Shown here one piece after another: positions 25,003 through 37,425 of a stretch of 64,000 nt of DNA. Where the stretch lies: the NCBI RefSeq assembly GCF_018977255.1, contig NW_024704743.1:54872001-54936000 (forward strand). Reading direction: 5' to 3'. Under the pieces are notes generated by a model. The model ran no database searches. It saw only the letters and a list, made by a program, of their open reading frames with translations, and was not told where the DNA came from. Each line of letters begins with the position of its first letter. The stretch's first letter is position 1. This stretch comes from Callorhinchus milii (taxonomy: Eukaryota). Made by a program: the position numbers and the translations under genes.

Positions 25003-27019
25003 AACGTGAAGGCCGCTATGTAAGTGCAAGTTGTTGTTGTAGTAACTTTAACAATAAATATCATGGATCAAGATCACTGCATTGCATGCACTATGTTCAG
25101 AACAAAATTCTGTATTTGCTTATAAAATAAGAGCATCTTTCATTAAGATTATAAAATGTAGTGAATTAACGGTTAAGAGCTAGGTAATGAATATGATGAC
25201 TGAATATATACAGATGCTGTGACTTAGCCATTCAAGAATTAAATTCATTTGATTGCTTCAAAAATATCCTCAAATTTTCTGTGATGTAATCCTTCGGGAA
25301 ATGTAAAATAAATAACCAAATTTGCTCTCATCTAAGACATTCTTGAAGATAAAAAACATACTAATTGATCAAGCCTTGGAATTGCAGTATGTTAGAATGT
25401 TCCTTTCCTCCCCAAATCCTCTAAAATAGATTCAAGTTAATACAAATAATACAAATGAATTTAAGGCAAATTTCTGGAAAGAGAAGAAATTGAGGGATAT
25501 GGTAAAGCAGCTAGTTGGGATTGTGGGTCGTTTGGCTGATGACCTTTTACTGCCCTAAAAAAAGTTTGTTCTTGGGATGTTGTCCAAAACATAAATCTGG
25601 ACAGTTAGTTTACTTTATATTGTGATGTGAAATGCTTTAGCAGTCCTCAAAGGATTAAACTCTTCCATTTATATTCTTCTCTTGATCAGTGTTATTTAAG
25701 TTGCATCTGCTATGATATATGTGGTATAGATCTAATGGTATCCAATTGGAGAATGACTTGTTATTTACATTTAACAGCAATAGAAGTGGCAACACTTCAA
25801 ACAGCATTGTAAAACGTATCTACAAGAGAAAATACACGTAGCACAGCTAATTGATGCACAGTAGTGTGCGCAGAGATGAAGGGATTGATCAATATGTTTT
25901 TTTTAATAAAATCAACTTAATCCAAATGATTGTTGATCAGAACACCAAATTAAATACTTTTCTCATTTTGAATAGTTCAATGGGATCAATAATGTTCACC
26001 TTAACAGGCAAATGGGACCTACCTGTTCATTAACATCCAAAGAATACCGTTGATAATGCAGCGCTCTTCCAGCCTTGTACTAGAATGTTAGCCTCGACTG
26101 TGAGCTCAAAGTCCCAATGTGAGACTTGAACCCACAACCTTCTGACTCAGCGGTAAGAGAGTTAGCATCTCGCACAAAATGTCTTGTATGAATTGAACTT
26201 GTCTCTTCTATTTAAATAAAGTTATAACTCAATCTTTTTTGGTTATTTTTCCTCACTTGATATAATTTCTGCATACCATTTCATTTCACGGATAATTTCT
26301 GAGTGCGAGCATAACAAAAGTATCAAAGTCGTGAAAAATACCGCTTATACAGCATCGTCAAAGTCTCTCTTTAATCTTAGACCCCATGAAACAATAGTTC
26401 AAAGCAGGTGTCATTTATTAATCAAGTATTTAATACATGATACTGTCTACAATGAACCGACACGTTTTAATTCTAAATGTCCCTTCATCATTCACTATGT
26501 CAGAAGTCAGACAGCTTGGTGCTTTGTTAGATTGGATTAATTAAAGGACTTTGTACTTCCTGAATGGCATTACAGGACATGTCATGTCTTTGATCTGGAT
26601 CTATTGAGTCAGACCTACTGACTCCAACCATTAAGTGCCCGTGATGAAAGCTTCCCCTCAAAGAGGTTTCGCATTTATGACAATTAGGCCTCTTACATTA
26701 CCAGTTTCTCTCCTGAAGTAAGCCCTAATGTAAAATAGCCATTATTCCCGACACTGAATTTCAGAAGCTCCCACTTTCGATCATATCTCCTCTTCCCAGT
26801 GCACTCAGGAGATCTAGCTCCATAGTGAAAAGTCATGTTGTTGCTTGTGTGAAATCATGTTTGTCCAATAATTCACTGCAGAAGTCTGAAGCCCATGTAA
26901 AAGCAATGGCTACTTGAAGTACAGCAAGACCTGCAGGTTGGCGCCACATTTTGAGTTTCTGGAACTAGAAAAGAAGTCACGTCAGAGAACAATTCAAACA
27001 GGTTCACAAGATTATTGTG

Positions 27020-27362
27020 GTAAAAGAAGGCCCTTCGGCCCATTCAATCCCGTCCTACCAGAACACCCACCTCACCCTGCCCCCAACACAGCATCGAGCT
27101 GCTTTTTAATGAGTCCAGTGTCCTGGCCTCTACCACCCTTCCTGGCAACCTGTTCCAGTTGGCGATAAGCAAAGAAAAACTCCCTGAGATTGTCCTTTAC
27201 AACCTGAAACCTATGTCATCTTGTTCTGCTGCCTTGGTGTATCCTAAAGTATTAATCTGGGTTTACCTTTTCAATACCATATAAGATGTTATACACCTCT
27301 ATGAGGCCCCTTCTGAGTTGTCTTCTCTCAAAACTGAAGAGTCCTAGCTTGTCTAATTGCAG
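27020..27362 (-). mobile_element. CR1 LINE 3' fragment
   Basis: ORF 27252..27440 LDKLGLFSFERRQLRRGLIEVYNILYGIEKV. Confidence 0.8.
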
Positions 27363-27427
27363 CTTAGTTAGGTTGATATATCTCCGATTAACTAAAAGAT
27401 TTCTCTTTTGTGTCTTGGAGTTGTGAA

Positions 27428-27790
27428 TCAATAACAACACATTGTATTTATATAGTGCCTTTCATGGAGGTAGGTCTTGAGGTGGACCCTAAATGGCGTG
27501 AGGGAAGGAGCGAGTGAGAGGGACTCCAGGATGGAGTTCCAGAGAGTGAGGGCAGAAAGACTGAAAGTTGATCCGTCGATGGTGGGGTGGGTGATGCGGG
27601 GGACATGAAGCAGGCCAGTGCTCACTGAACAAAGAGTAAAGCTGACCCAATAGGGTTTGAGGCGGTGTTAGAGGTAGGGTGTGGCAAGTCTGTGAGGGTA
27701 ATTAAAGCTGAGAACAAAGTATTTGAACTTGACCCACTGGGCGATGGGGTGGGATAGGTGGAAGCCATTGGAGCCAGACGACGATGGGAA
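27428..27790 (-). mobile_element. L2 LINE 3' fragment
   Basis: ORF 27428..27625 GLLHVPRITHPTIDGSTFSLSALTLWNS...FRVHLKTYL. Confidence 0.8.
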
Positions 27791-27944
27791 ACATAAGCTC
27801 TTGGAAACAATTTATGTGGATCATGTGACTATTCAAACCAAAGAGCAGCAATATGGAGAAGTGAATTTTTAAATATTTTGTGGGAGCAATTTTTTTTAAA
27901 AAATTCAAATTTTATATTAAATGTTAGAACATTTTGAGTTGTCT

Positions 27945-28300
27945 AATCTCACCTCTGGATCAGAGGTTTGTGGGGTCAAGCCCCATGTTGCAACTTACAG
28001 TCTAGGCTGACTGTAGTGCTGGGGGAGCACTAGATTGTCAGAGGTGTCATCCTTCAGATACATGTTAACTGAGGTGACATCTGCCTGTTCAGGTGGATGT
28101 TAAAGATCCAATTGCACTCTTCAAAAAGAGAAGGCAGTTTCTCTGTCCTAGCCAGATTTTTAAAAATCACGTCATGCCCCATTGTTGGACATTATTGTAT
28201 ACAAATTGGCTGCTATGTTCACCTACAAATAGACAATCATATTACTTTATAATAAAAACTCCATGAGATGCCTTGAGGCCTGTGATAGAGCACTATATAA
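27945..28300 (+). mobile_element. Deu-domain SINE
   Basis: Shared core CTGCCTGTTCAGGTGGATGTTAAAGATCC. Confidence 0.65.
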
Positions 28301-31300
28301 AAGATGAAGCATTCTGAAGGGATTCTTGGTTGAGAACTGATTTGATATGTGATAATATTCCAGTCCATTCACCATAGACCAACACCCTGCTGATTCTGCA
28401 AGACTACCTTTATAAATGGCATTAACAATGTCTATCCCAATCTATCCTCTGTAGATTCCAGTAACTTTTTTTTCCCGAAGTAGTGTTGTGGCTCATCAGA
28501 CGGAATGGCCTGAATGACACCTGTTTTGCCCATCAGAGCTTGTTTTCTTCCCACAGCATTTTACACCTCTTAATTTAATTTGTGGCTGTTCCCTGTGCTC
28601 CTCCCAGCTGTCCATGGAGAGTGAACATTCCAGCTGGTGTTATCAGCAGCTTAAGAGGGCTCAAGAGATAGAGCCAAGAGAATTACCAGTTTTATACAGA
28701 ACACCAAACACTCTGCATACTCACTGTTATCTGCCTACACTTCGATTACTTGATTCTTGACATAAATAAATAATTTACTTTTAAAATCCTTCTATAAACC
28801 TTGCAAATTCAGAAATTGTTGCCCTTGTATTAACCCTTAGAAGACCAGATAAATAACTCTATACCTAAAATTACCCTTATGATCTCTCTTTTATGCAGGA
28901 AATCTTGTACATTAGAAATATAGTTAGATATTTTTCTAATTCTGCTTTATGTCTGTACAATATTAACTGGTAAAATAGAAGTTATATTTTTTATGCATTT
29001 GATGTCACAGCGAATCTGTGCTGAAGTTTCCTCCAAATTTCTGATAGAAATCAAACACGTCAGTACTATCTCTCACAGCGTGCCAAGTGGATTTATTTGC
29101 ACTCACTGCTGAAGATGTTTTTATTTGTGTGCGTCACTAAGAGAGCCAATGAACCCATGCCCCTAGGACAGTGTGAGTCATGGCCTTACAAAGAACAGGG
29201 GAGTAAAAAATGTTTTACTCCAGAGAACAGAGGGAAAAAAGTATTTAGCACCCACAAACATTAAAAATAAATTGATTATATAAATACAACAAATGCAAAT
29301 TTACAATTATATAGCACTTTTCATGTCGGGAGGACGTCCCAAGGTACTGAACAGTCCTGACTTGACACCCGTCAAGATATCTTGTATATCACAAATTGGC
29401 TAGATATTTGCAACATAACATGCCAGAGGGATAAATAGATCAAATGGTATGATATTAAGCTTCTATTTCCATTTTTCAACACTGACGAAATCTCAAGCAT
29501 ACAAATAACACTCATAATAAATTAGTAGTCATAGGGAATCTCCATATTACGAAAAATACTTTTCCAGCTATTTTGTGATAAAACAAGGTTGATATTGAAT
29601 GCTGAAAATACTGCAACATTCGGTGCCAAGCTAAGGAAACTTCTTTATTTCCTTTGCCTTTTATTATTACTTTAACTCTATGAATATTTGCATTGAGTTT
29701 CAAGCTTAACGTTTCAAGATATTCTTTTACTGCTTTGTGTTGCCTAAAAAGCCTTTTTTAATTTTAAAACAATTTGTTAACTGCCAATATAAATATTGGG
29801 AGCCATCCTTACTTACTGACTGTACAAACATACAGCTCTTAAAAAGCTTTCTAAATCCTACTTAGCTGACCTTGTCGACAGGGTTAGGTTACACTACATC
29901 AAGTCTTGGTGCGCTTCTGCAAAATAATCTCAAAATATACAGAAATTTTGATTGACGTTTGCTGCTATTTTAGTCAAGTGTGTTTAGTTAATAATCATTA
30001 GCATCACAACTCAGGACTACATATCTATAATAAAAGTTAAGTGTATTCTTCAAAAGAAGGTTAATTTTTTACTTCCAACAAATAACATACTATATTGCTA
30101 TCGCAGCACAATACTGTATTATCTAGTGTTGCATTCCAATTGGAATATTCTTTTTCCTTTAGAATGACACAGTGGTGTCTGGTGCTATTCATCTATTATT
30201 TTCTCATCAGAGGGACACAGTTTCCAGGGGCGTATTTGATTAATCTACATTTTATGTGGTTCATGAAAGAGAAATGGTTCCCGTAAAGCAGGTAGAAAGA
30301 AAATCTCATTCATTGCTGTCTGACTGCTGACTCATATATCATTCCATGTCAGGGAAACTTAAAAGGCAAGAAATTTAGAGGGAAGTGTTGTATTGCTTTA
30401 AATAATACATGAAAGGAACATTTAGGAATGCCCAAAAGATGGTCAATTTCTCTCAACACTATTTATTTGCAATTTTTAAGCACAATTTGGCACTGTTAAG
30501 TGCTTCGAGACACTACCCCCATGAAGGATGCTATATCAATGTAAGTTGTTGTTGTTGAAGTTGTTTAATGCGTTAAGTCCCAATCCAAAATAAATTGGGC
30601 ACTATTCATATTCAAAGCAGGGAGTATAATACTCCTGTACTAGCAAATACAGTCAAACTTGTTAAAGCAACCAAATCTATTCAGCAACCAACTGCTGTCA
30701 ACAATCTCACTGGAACAGTCCTGACCCGTTTTCCAAAATAAAGCATCTCTATTCAGCAACTATCTGTCTAACACAACCAGTGGCATTTAACTTTTAGCCC
30801 TGTCAGAGTACAGACAATTGCTGTTTTGGAACATATCTTAGAATAATAGACATTTAAAGCACAGAAGCTACTTCAGCTCTCTACACTACTCTCTGAAAAA
30901 GCTATTGATTTAATCCATTCTCTGGCTTTTTCTCTTTTATATTTCTCCTTTCCAAATCTTTTCTAATTCCTCTTAAAAATAGCACTGGTAAGAACTTAGT
31001 GGCCAAAAAATTTATTCGATATCTGATATCTACAAAGGAATATTTTAATTAAATAAGGCATCTTTCATAGCTCCAGATAATTACTTTACCAATCGATTGA
31101 GTGGCTTTCAGAACCAGGGACTTACGAGTAAAACTCCCAATGTCTTCCCATCATTGTAGACACTTTGTAATGCCTTCTCTCATCTTTACTCGCATCCAAG
31201 ACATTGATTCGCCACCTTGGAAATTCCTCCTGCTTCCTCAGTGCTGTAACTGCTATCCAGTTCGGGTACAAATCCCTGACTGTTCAGCACTTTGGGATGT

Positions 31301-31739
31301 CTTCCTGACATGAAAAGCGCCTTACAAATGTAATGTTGTTGCTGTTGTAGTCTGCACTGGCCCAGTGTCCCAGGTCTGTCCACCCTGTTGCGAAGTTAGT
31401 ATTTTCAGTAAATTCTGTAATTCTTTCTGAGATCCTCATCAATGCATTAAAGAAACAATGGACCATTTTGGCACTTAGAATATAGTCTTGCAAAACAATT
31501 TGCTCTATTTGTGAATGAAGATGCTATTGTGGAAGCATTTAATATTATATTGTAATGCCATATCCATTTTATAGCCACTTTGAAAATAGTGTTTGAGGCG
31601 ATGCTTTAGCGGATAATCCAAACATAAAATTAACCGTTGGATTTTCACAAAGCAGCAAAAAAACGCACTTCACATTCCTATTCAGCTGAAGCTTCTGGTT
31701 GCCTTCAATAAGAAGGCTTCAGACGAACTATATGCAATT

Positions 31740-32062
31740 CATAGAAACATAGGAACATAGGAACAGGAGTAGGCCATTCAGCCCTTCTGCCATTTAATTA
31801 GATTATGGCTGATCTGTACCTCAACTAATCCTGTCAATTCCAATTTCCCACTTTCTGCCTATATTCCTTAATACCCTGACCTACCAAAAATCTATCAACC
31901 TCACTCTTGAAGGTGTGGATGGATTCAGCATCAACTGCCTTTTGGGGGGAGAATTCTAGATTTTTACCACGCTTTGAGTGAAAAAATGTTTCCTGATTTC
32001 ACTCTTAAATGACCTGGTTCCAATTTTAAGACTATGTCTCTTTGTTTTGGATTTTTGGAGGA
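31740..32062 (-). mobile_element. CR1 LINE 3' end
   Basis: (CATAGGAA)n tail and GGAGTAGGCCATTCAGCCC 3' motif in reverse orientation. Confidence 0.8.
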
Positions 32063-32065
32063 AAT

Positions 32066-34487
32066 AGCAACATTTAAGCTCTGCCCCTGTGCCTTGTTAA
32101 CTGACATGGCAAAGCACATTTGATCAGGGAATTGGAGCCTCTTGAACTTAAATGGGTAGTCACTTGGGAACAGTGGGATGCGAGGAATTAATACATCTTC
32201 CCCTTTGAACTGACCAGTCAGAATAGTTATATAACATGTGGTATCAACTGCTTTACCACCAACCTTGTGCCATTGTGTAGTTTTGATGCATTTAGATTCC
32301 TCAGCAGCATGATTATGCATCCAACCTTCAGTATGAGTTTGTGCGCTGGCATACTGGAAGGTTCTAAAGAGTTTAAAAATTCAGTTGGGTAGTTGACAAA
32401 ATTTTCGATGTCAGGAACAGTATCCATGGACTTGTGCACAGTTTCTTGGCCAGGGATATCATTCAGTAGCTGGGAATTGATCTCACTGGCAGGCTCATTT
32501 TTTGGTGCAAGGATTGCTCATTGACACAACCACTTATAATTTGTGCAGTTATGGCTGAGGTTCGAGAAAACTTTGTTTTTAAGCTCTGCTTTAGCTTGTG
32601 CAATGGTCCCACAACCTTCGGGGATTGGAATTTGGCCATCTGTTGGATCCACTGGAATTTTCCATCCCCAATTTCCAGAAGGAAGTTGGCAAATGCCCAG
32701 CTGCAGAACTGCCACGAACATGAACTCGCATGTTTGACTTGAGGCTCATTTCTAAACGCATGCCCACAGCCTGGAAGCCTTAAGACTGGCATTCAGTTCA
32801 TCAGCACGGATACCATGTTGTATAACAGATAGTATCTGGCGGAAGTCTCCCGACAAAATAAGTGTCGTCGTCTGGATGCTTTCCCTGATTCCCTGAATTG
32901 TCCTATCCAGAGCCTCAAAGGCATGCTTGTGTGACATGGTGCATTCATCCCAAACAATGCTGTTACAGTCCTTGATCAATGTGGCTGCACCTGTACCCTT
33001 CTTGATATTGCACATTGGATCCACTGTATGTGAGAGATTCAGTGGCAGCTTGAAAGCAGAATAGGCTGTTGTGCCACCCACAAGTAGAGTTGTTGCAATA
33101 CCAGAGGACACAACAACAAGTGCAATTTGGCCCCTGGACCGAATCTTATAATAATAATAATCCTTGCATTTGAAACAGCACTTTTCACGTCTTCGAGACA
33201 TCTCAAAGCGCTTCACAGAATATACCGCAACTTGAATTGGCTGCATATTTGTGGGTGAAAGGTGGCAGCCAATTGTGCACAGCAGTGTCCCATAAGCAGT
33301 TGTGGATTGAGTGACCAAATTATTATTGTTTTTTTGAAGGATTATTACCCCTGGAAAAGCGATCTGCCAATCAACTAACAACTGGGTTCCTACTTACTGC
33401 TAGGAAAACAGAGGCATGTGGAGTAGAAACCTGCCCAACAATTTCACCCTGCCAGGAATAGAACCCAGGTCTCCCGCTTGCGAGGCAAGTGCTCTAACCA
33501 CTGAGCTACAGAACTCTGCAATTCTTGGCTGAGTTGAGATTGATGAGGTATGTTTTTTCCTGTACCACCAGGTGCATCAAGAAAGATAATGCCTCCTTCG
33601 TCATGGTCAACTTTGTGAAGGATACTCTGATACGCTGCAGCTTGATCTTCTGTCATGGTCGATTCTCTCTCCTGGGCAAAGTGCTGCATTTCATCTTGGT
33701 TATAGTTAATTTCCTGCACAATTTCTCTGACCAAGGTGACATCTTCTGTTCTGTGAGTACAGGGCAGACCATACTGTAGCAATGTCTTTCCACCAATGCC
33801 ATTAGCTTGTGTTCTAAGTATATGAGGCCTGGTTGGAGATGCATCACTGTAGCCCAACTCAGTTTGTGGATTTGCACTACGTAGCTGATGGAAAACGTCT
33901 TCTGACATGTTTTCTTTGTGGTTATTCCACAGCTGTCTTGGATTAGACAGACCACAGGTGTGCAGTGTGATGGCAAAGAAATCCCTCAGTCTGATAGTAG
34001 ACCGTGCCATGGCTGCTTCTTCTCATGTCTGGTTCCAGTGGGCATCATCTTCTAGGAGACCCCTCAGTGGCATGCTTCTGGGAATGTATCGCAAACCATC
34101 AATAGTTTTAAGATTCTTATAGCTTGTTGGGCCTCTCACATTGTCTAGCAAAAGCCTTAGGAAGAAGCATTCAAAGTTGTTTGGATGCACTGCGTACACT
34201 CTGCCGAGCACGTCAATGGACTTGACACATGGTTAGCCTTCAACAGGAGTAACTCAAGCTCTTCACTTCCACTTCTTGGTCTGGGATTTCCATGTGAAAT
34301 ACTCTGGGACCTCACAGTGGAGAAGGATTCTTGCAAACTCGTCCTGTTGGCGTAGTTCGAAGAATGCAATTAGCGTAGTTTTGGGAGGTTCAAGTGAACA
34401 TTCCCGAACATTGGCCTTTGTAAAAAACATCCTTTGGCCGTTTTCAAGGTGAACCGGAAGGTATTGGATTACTGGATGTCGATCAGA
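32066..34487 (-). mobile_element. Helitron Rep/helicase (PIF1-like) coding remnant, frameshifted and interrupted by a SINE
   Basis: Ordered motifs across ORFs: VHLENGQR, GRVYAVHP..ECFFLRLLL..VRGPTSY, IFLDAPGGTGK (Walker A), IVWDECTM (Walker B), SGDFRQIL, IMLLRNL, RLQFP...NKAQGQSL. Confidence 0.93.
33148..33517 (-). mobile_element. tRNA-derived SINE (long subfamily) inserted in the Helitron helicase
   Basis: Full head and tail; splits GKTYLINL..AK / IRSRGQIAL; approximate AAGA(A)TT duplication. Confidence 0.9.
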
Positions 34488-34489
34488 AA

Positions 34490-35430
34490 ATGCTGAACCC
34501 AGAAAATCAAATGGTAAGCACCTCCTGGGTGCACGAGTTGAGGATCTGGCGTCCCCGGTTGACAAAATGCACGAGTGAGCCAGTGGACGAACCAATTATG
34601 GTTGTCTATGTTGGAAGAAATAACATAGATAGAAGTAGACCAGAAGTCCTAATAAATAAAAAAAGCAGGAATCAGAGGAAGTATCTTGCTGGCTGACGAT
34701 AGAACCCAGAAGCTGGTTATACAGGGAATGTCGTCAGGCTGGGAAGATTTTACCAGTGGAGCTCCACCGGGGTCTGTTTTGGGACCTCTTTTATTTAACA
34801 ACTTCATAAGTGACCTGGAATTAGGAGTCACAAACACAGTGACTAAATTTGCAGATGACACAAAGCTAATCAAGATGGTAAACTGCAAAGATGAATAGGA
34901 TAGGTTGCAGGAGGATTTGAGCATTCTTGGGAATTGGGCAGATCGATGGCAGATGAAATTTAATGTAGAAAAATGCAAAGTGCTCACATGGGAACAAAAA
35001 ATCCAGAAAGGGACTATTATTTAAGTGATAAGAAAATAATCTGTAAGGAAAATGAAGAGGACCTGGGGATCCTGATTGATAATAAATTGAAGTTATCGCA
35101 ATAGTGATCGGTAGCAGTAAGGCAAACCAGATGCTGAACTGTATTTAAAGAGCAATATTGAGCCGAAATAGTGGGGTAATCCTGCCAGTTTATAAATCAC
35201 TGGTGCGACTGCACTAGGAATACTTTGTGCAGTTCTGGTCATTACAATATAAAAAGGATATTGTAGCGATTGAGAGGACACAGAGGAGGGCAACCCAAAT
35301 GATTCAGGGAATGGAGGGACTGGACTACGAAGAGCAATTAGATAATCTGGGCATGTTCACACTGGAGAAGAGGTTGAGAGGCGATATGATTACAGTCTTT
35401 AAGATTCTGAAGGGAGTAGATAATGTAGAT
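34490..35430 (+). mobile_element. CR1 LINE with internal deletion: ORF1 esterase fragment joined to ORF2 RT C-terminus
   Basis: GARVEDL / EPIMVVYVGRNNI (SGNH-like), then [14 protein letters not shown]...KFADDTKL and QFWSLQYKKDIVAIERTQRRAT. Confidence 0.85.
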
Positions 35431-35615
35431 CAGCGTGGTCCAACAGATGGCACTTGGCCACTAGTGGCCCGGCGGGTGATTGTATGCGGCTCGCTCAGTC
35501 AGGATCTGCTCTATTCTTGCCTCATGTAATCTGGAAATCAAGGCCCAGCAGGATATAAGTCTCAGTAGGAAATGGAAGGTAGAAGTGGGGAAATTGATTA
35601 CTTGTTCATTGAAAA

Positions 35616-35820
35616 TGATAATAATAATCCTTGCATTTGATATGGTGCCTTATCATATCGTCGAGACATCTCAAAGCGCTTTATAGAATATATCGTAATA
35701 TGGATTGACTGTAGATTTTGTGGGTAAAACAAGGCAGCCAATTGCACACAGCAGTGTTCCACAAAAGTCGTGGATTGAATGACCAAATTATTATTTTTTA
35801 AGGGATGTTTACCCCTGGAA
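35616..35820 (-). mobile_element. 5'-truncated tRNA-derived SINE nested in the hAT remnant
   Basis: ATAATAATCCTTGCATTTGATA...GTCGTGGATTGAATGACC matches the SINE 3' half. Confidence 0.85.
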
Positions 35821-36052
35821 AGCCAACCATGTGGGGAGGGAGAAGGTGGGGGAGGGGAGGATGGGGGAGAAACAGCAAAAGCTATGTGGGTGAATTCACA
35901 TTGGGTAACTTTCAATCTCTCCAATGGAAAATCTCAGTGTTTTGTTTGCTTGCAAGTAATATCTGTGTTGAAGGAGTTCAACGTCAAAAGGCATCAACAC
36001 ACAAGGCAAAAATGTACTGGAAAAGCCTGCTGCAAAAGTACATTTTCACCAA

Positions 36053-36288
36053 CACACAAACAGAAGTCGCTGGGAACACTCAGCAGGTCAGGCAGCATCT
36101 ATGGAGAAGGAAAGTGAGTCAACATTTCGGGTCCACAACCTTTCGTCAGAATGTTCTGATAAAAGGTCATAGACACGAAACGTTGACTCACTTGTCTTTT
36201 CCATAGATACTGCCTGACCTGCTGAGTGATCCCAGTGACTTCTGTTTTTGTTTCAGATTTCCAACATTTGCAGTATTTTTCTTTTGTT
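36053..36288. mobile_element. Palindromic Penelope-pLTR-like element with hammerhead-like cores, 14-bp TSD
   Basis: TACATTTTCACCAA at 36039-36052 and 36289-36302; arms are ~95-nt inverted repeats; CTGA(N)GA...GAAA motifs at the centre. Confidence 0.75.
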
Positions 36289-37095
36289 TACATTTTCACC
36301 AAAGCAGCACCAGTCCAACTGCAAGTCTGACTTCATCTTATGAGGTTTGCCCTCAGCTAGCGAAGTTTAAGCAGTCATTTTGAGATGGTGAAATGGTAAA
36401 AAAATTGTGCAGCCAAAATGGCTCTTGCATTTGGTGACGTAAAATTCGGCAAAAAATTTGAAAGTGTAGCACTGTCTCACCACAATTTGATAAGGAAAAT
36501 AAGTAACATGAATTTGCTACACTTTAAAACATCTTGGCCAATTTTACATCACCAAATGCACAAACCATTTCGGCTGCACTATTTTTCGGTCGGTGCTGAG
36601 GGCTGTCCCCACAGCTGTAGTGTGCACCTGCCTGTCTGGCCGGCTGCACAGCAAGCAAGGCTGTAAAGTTTATTTTATATAACAATTTCCTGGGTGTGTT
36701 TACAAATAGTTTAAGCAGAGTAAATCAACCAAATACAATCCTATGTAAATCAGAAAGCATTTTCCTTAAATTCGAGGGCAAGAGTCCCTTTATATGGTAC
36801 TTTTTTCTCTCCTTTCGTTTCTTCTTGCTCTAATTTCCCCTCTTCTCCTGAAGGCTCTATATCTTGATAAGGTTTGGTTCCTCAGACACTGAGCACTTTC
36901 ACTGATGACCATTCTTTATGCGTGAACCTGGCCAGTGGTGTTAACAGGCTATTTGACTATGGAGAACATCACAGCTAAGCATGATACCCACACCCTTGCA
37001 TCCTCCAGCAGGAGTTACTGGAGAGCGATTAGCAGGAACCTTGGCTGTTTTCTCTCTCCCTAACCTGAGGTCAGAGGCTAATTGGCTATTTGTGG

Positions 37096-37425
37096 ATTCC
37101 TGTAGCATAGTGATTGGGAAGCGAGAGGATCCTGGTTCGATTCTTGGGTGGGGAGAAACAGTAGGCAAGTTTTCTTACTTCACATGCCTCTATTTACCTA
37201 GCAGTAAGTAGGAACCCAGTCGTTAGTTAGTTGTTGGATCGCTTTCCAGGGGTAATAATCCCTCAATCGGTCATTCAATCCACGACTGTGAAACACTGCT
37301 GCGCACAATTGGCTGCTGCTCTTTGTCCACAGTCAATCCACTTTGCAATATATTCTGTGAAGTGGTTTGCAATGTCTCAATGACGAGATAAAGTGCTATA
37401 TCAAATGCAAGGATTGTTATTATTA
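37096..37425 (+). mobile_element. tRNA-derived SINE, long subfamily, diverged
   Basis: TCCTGTAGC head, GGCAAGTTTTCTTACT, TACCTAGCAGTAAGTAGGAACCCAG block, TAT tail. Confidence 0.8.

Larger units (their letters stand above)
35431..36515 (+). mobile_element. hAT (Charlie/Buster-type) DNA transposon 5' remnant
   Basis: TIR-like CAGCGTGGTCCAAC at 35431 (same as 61097); [24 protein letters not shown] (BED-like zinc finger); YEV..LAK..F*DGEMVK and KFESVALSHH. Confidence 0.75.

Noticed and set aside
35833..35867. G-quadruplex-like G runs
   Set aside because: Low-complexity tract inside a transposon remnant; no evidence of function
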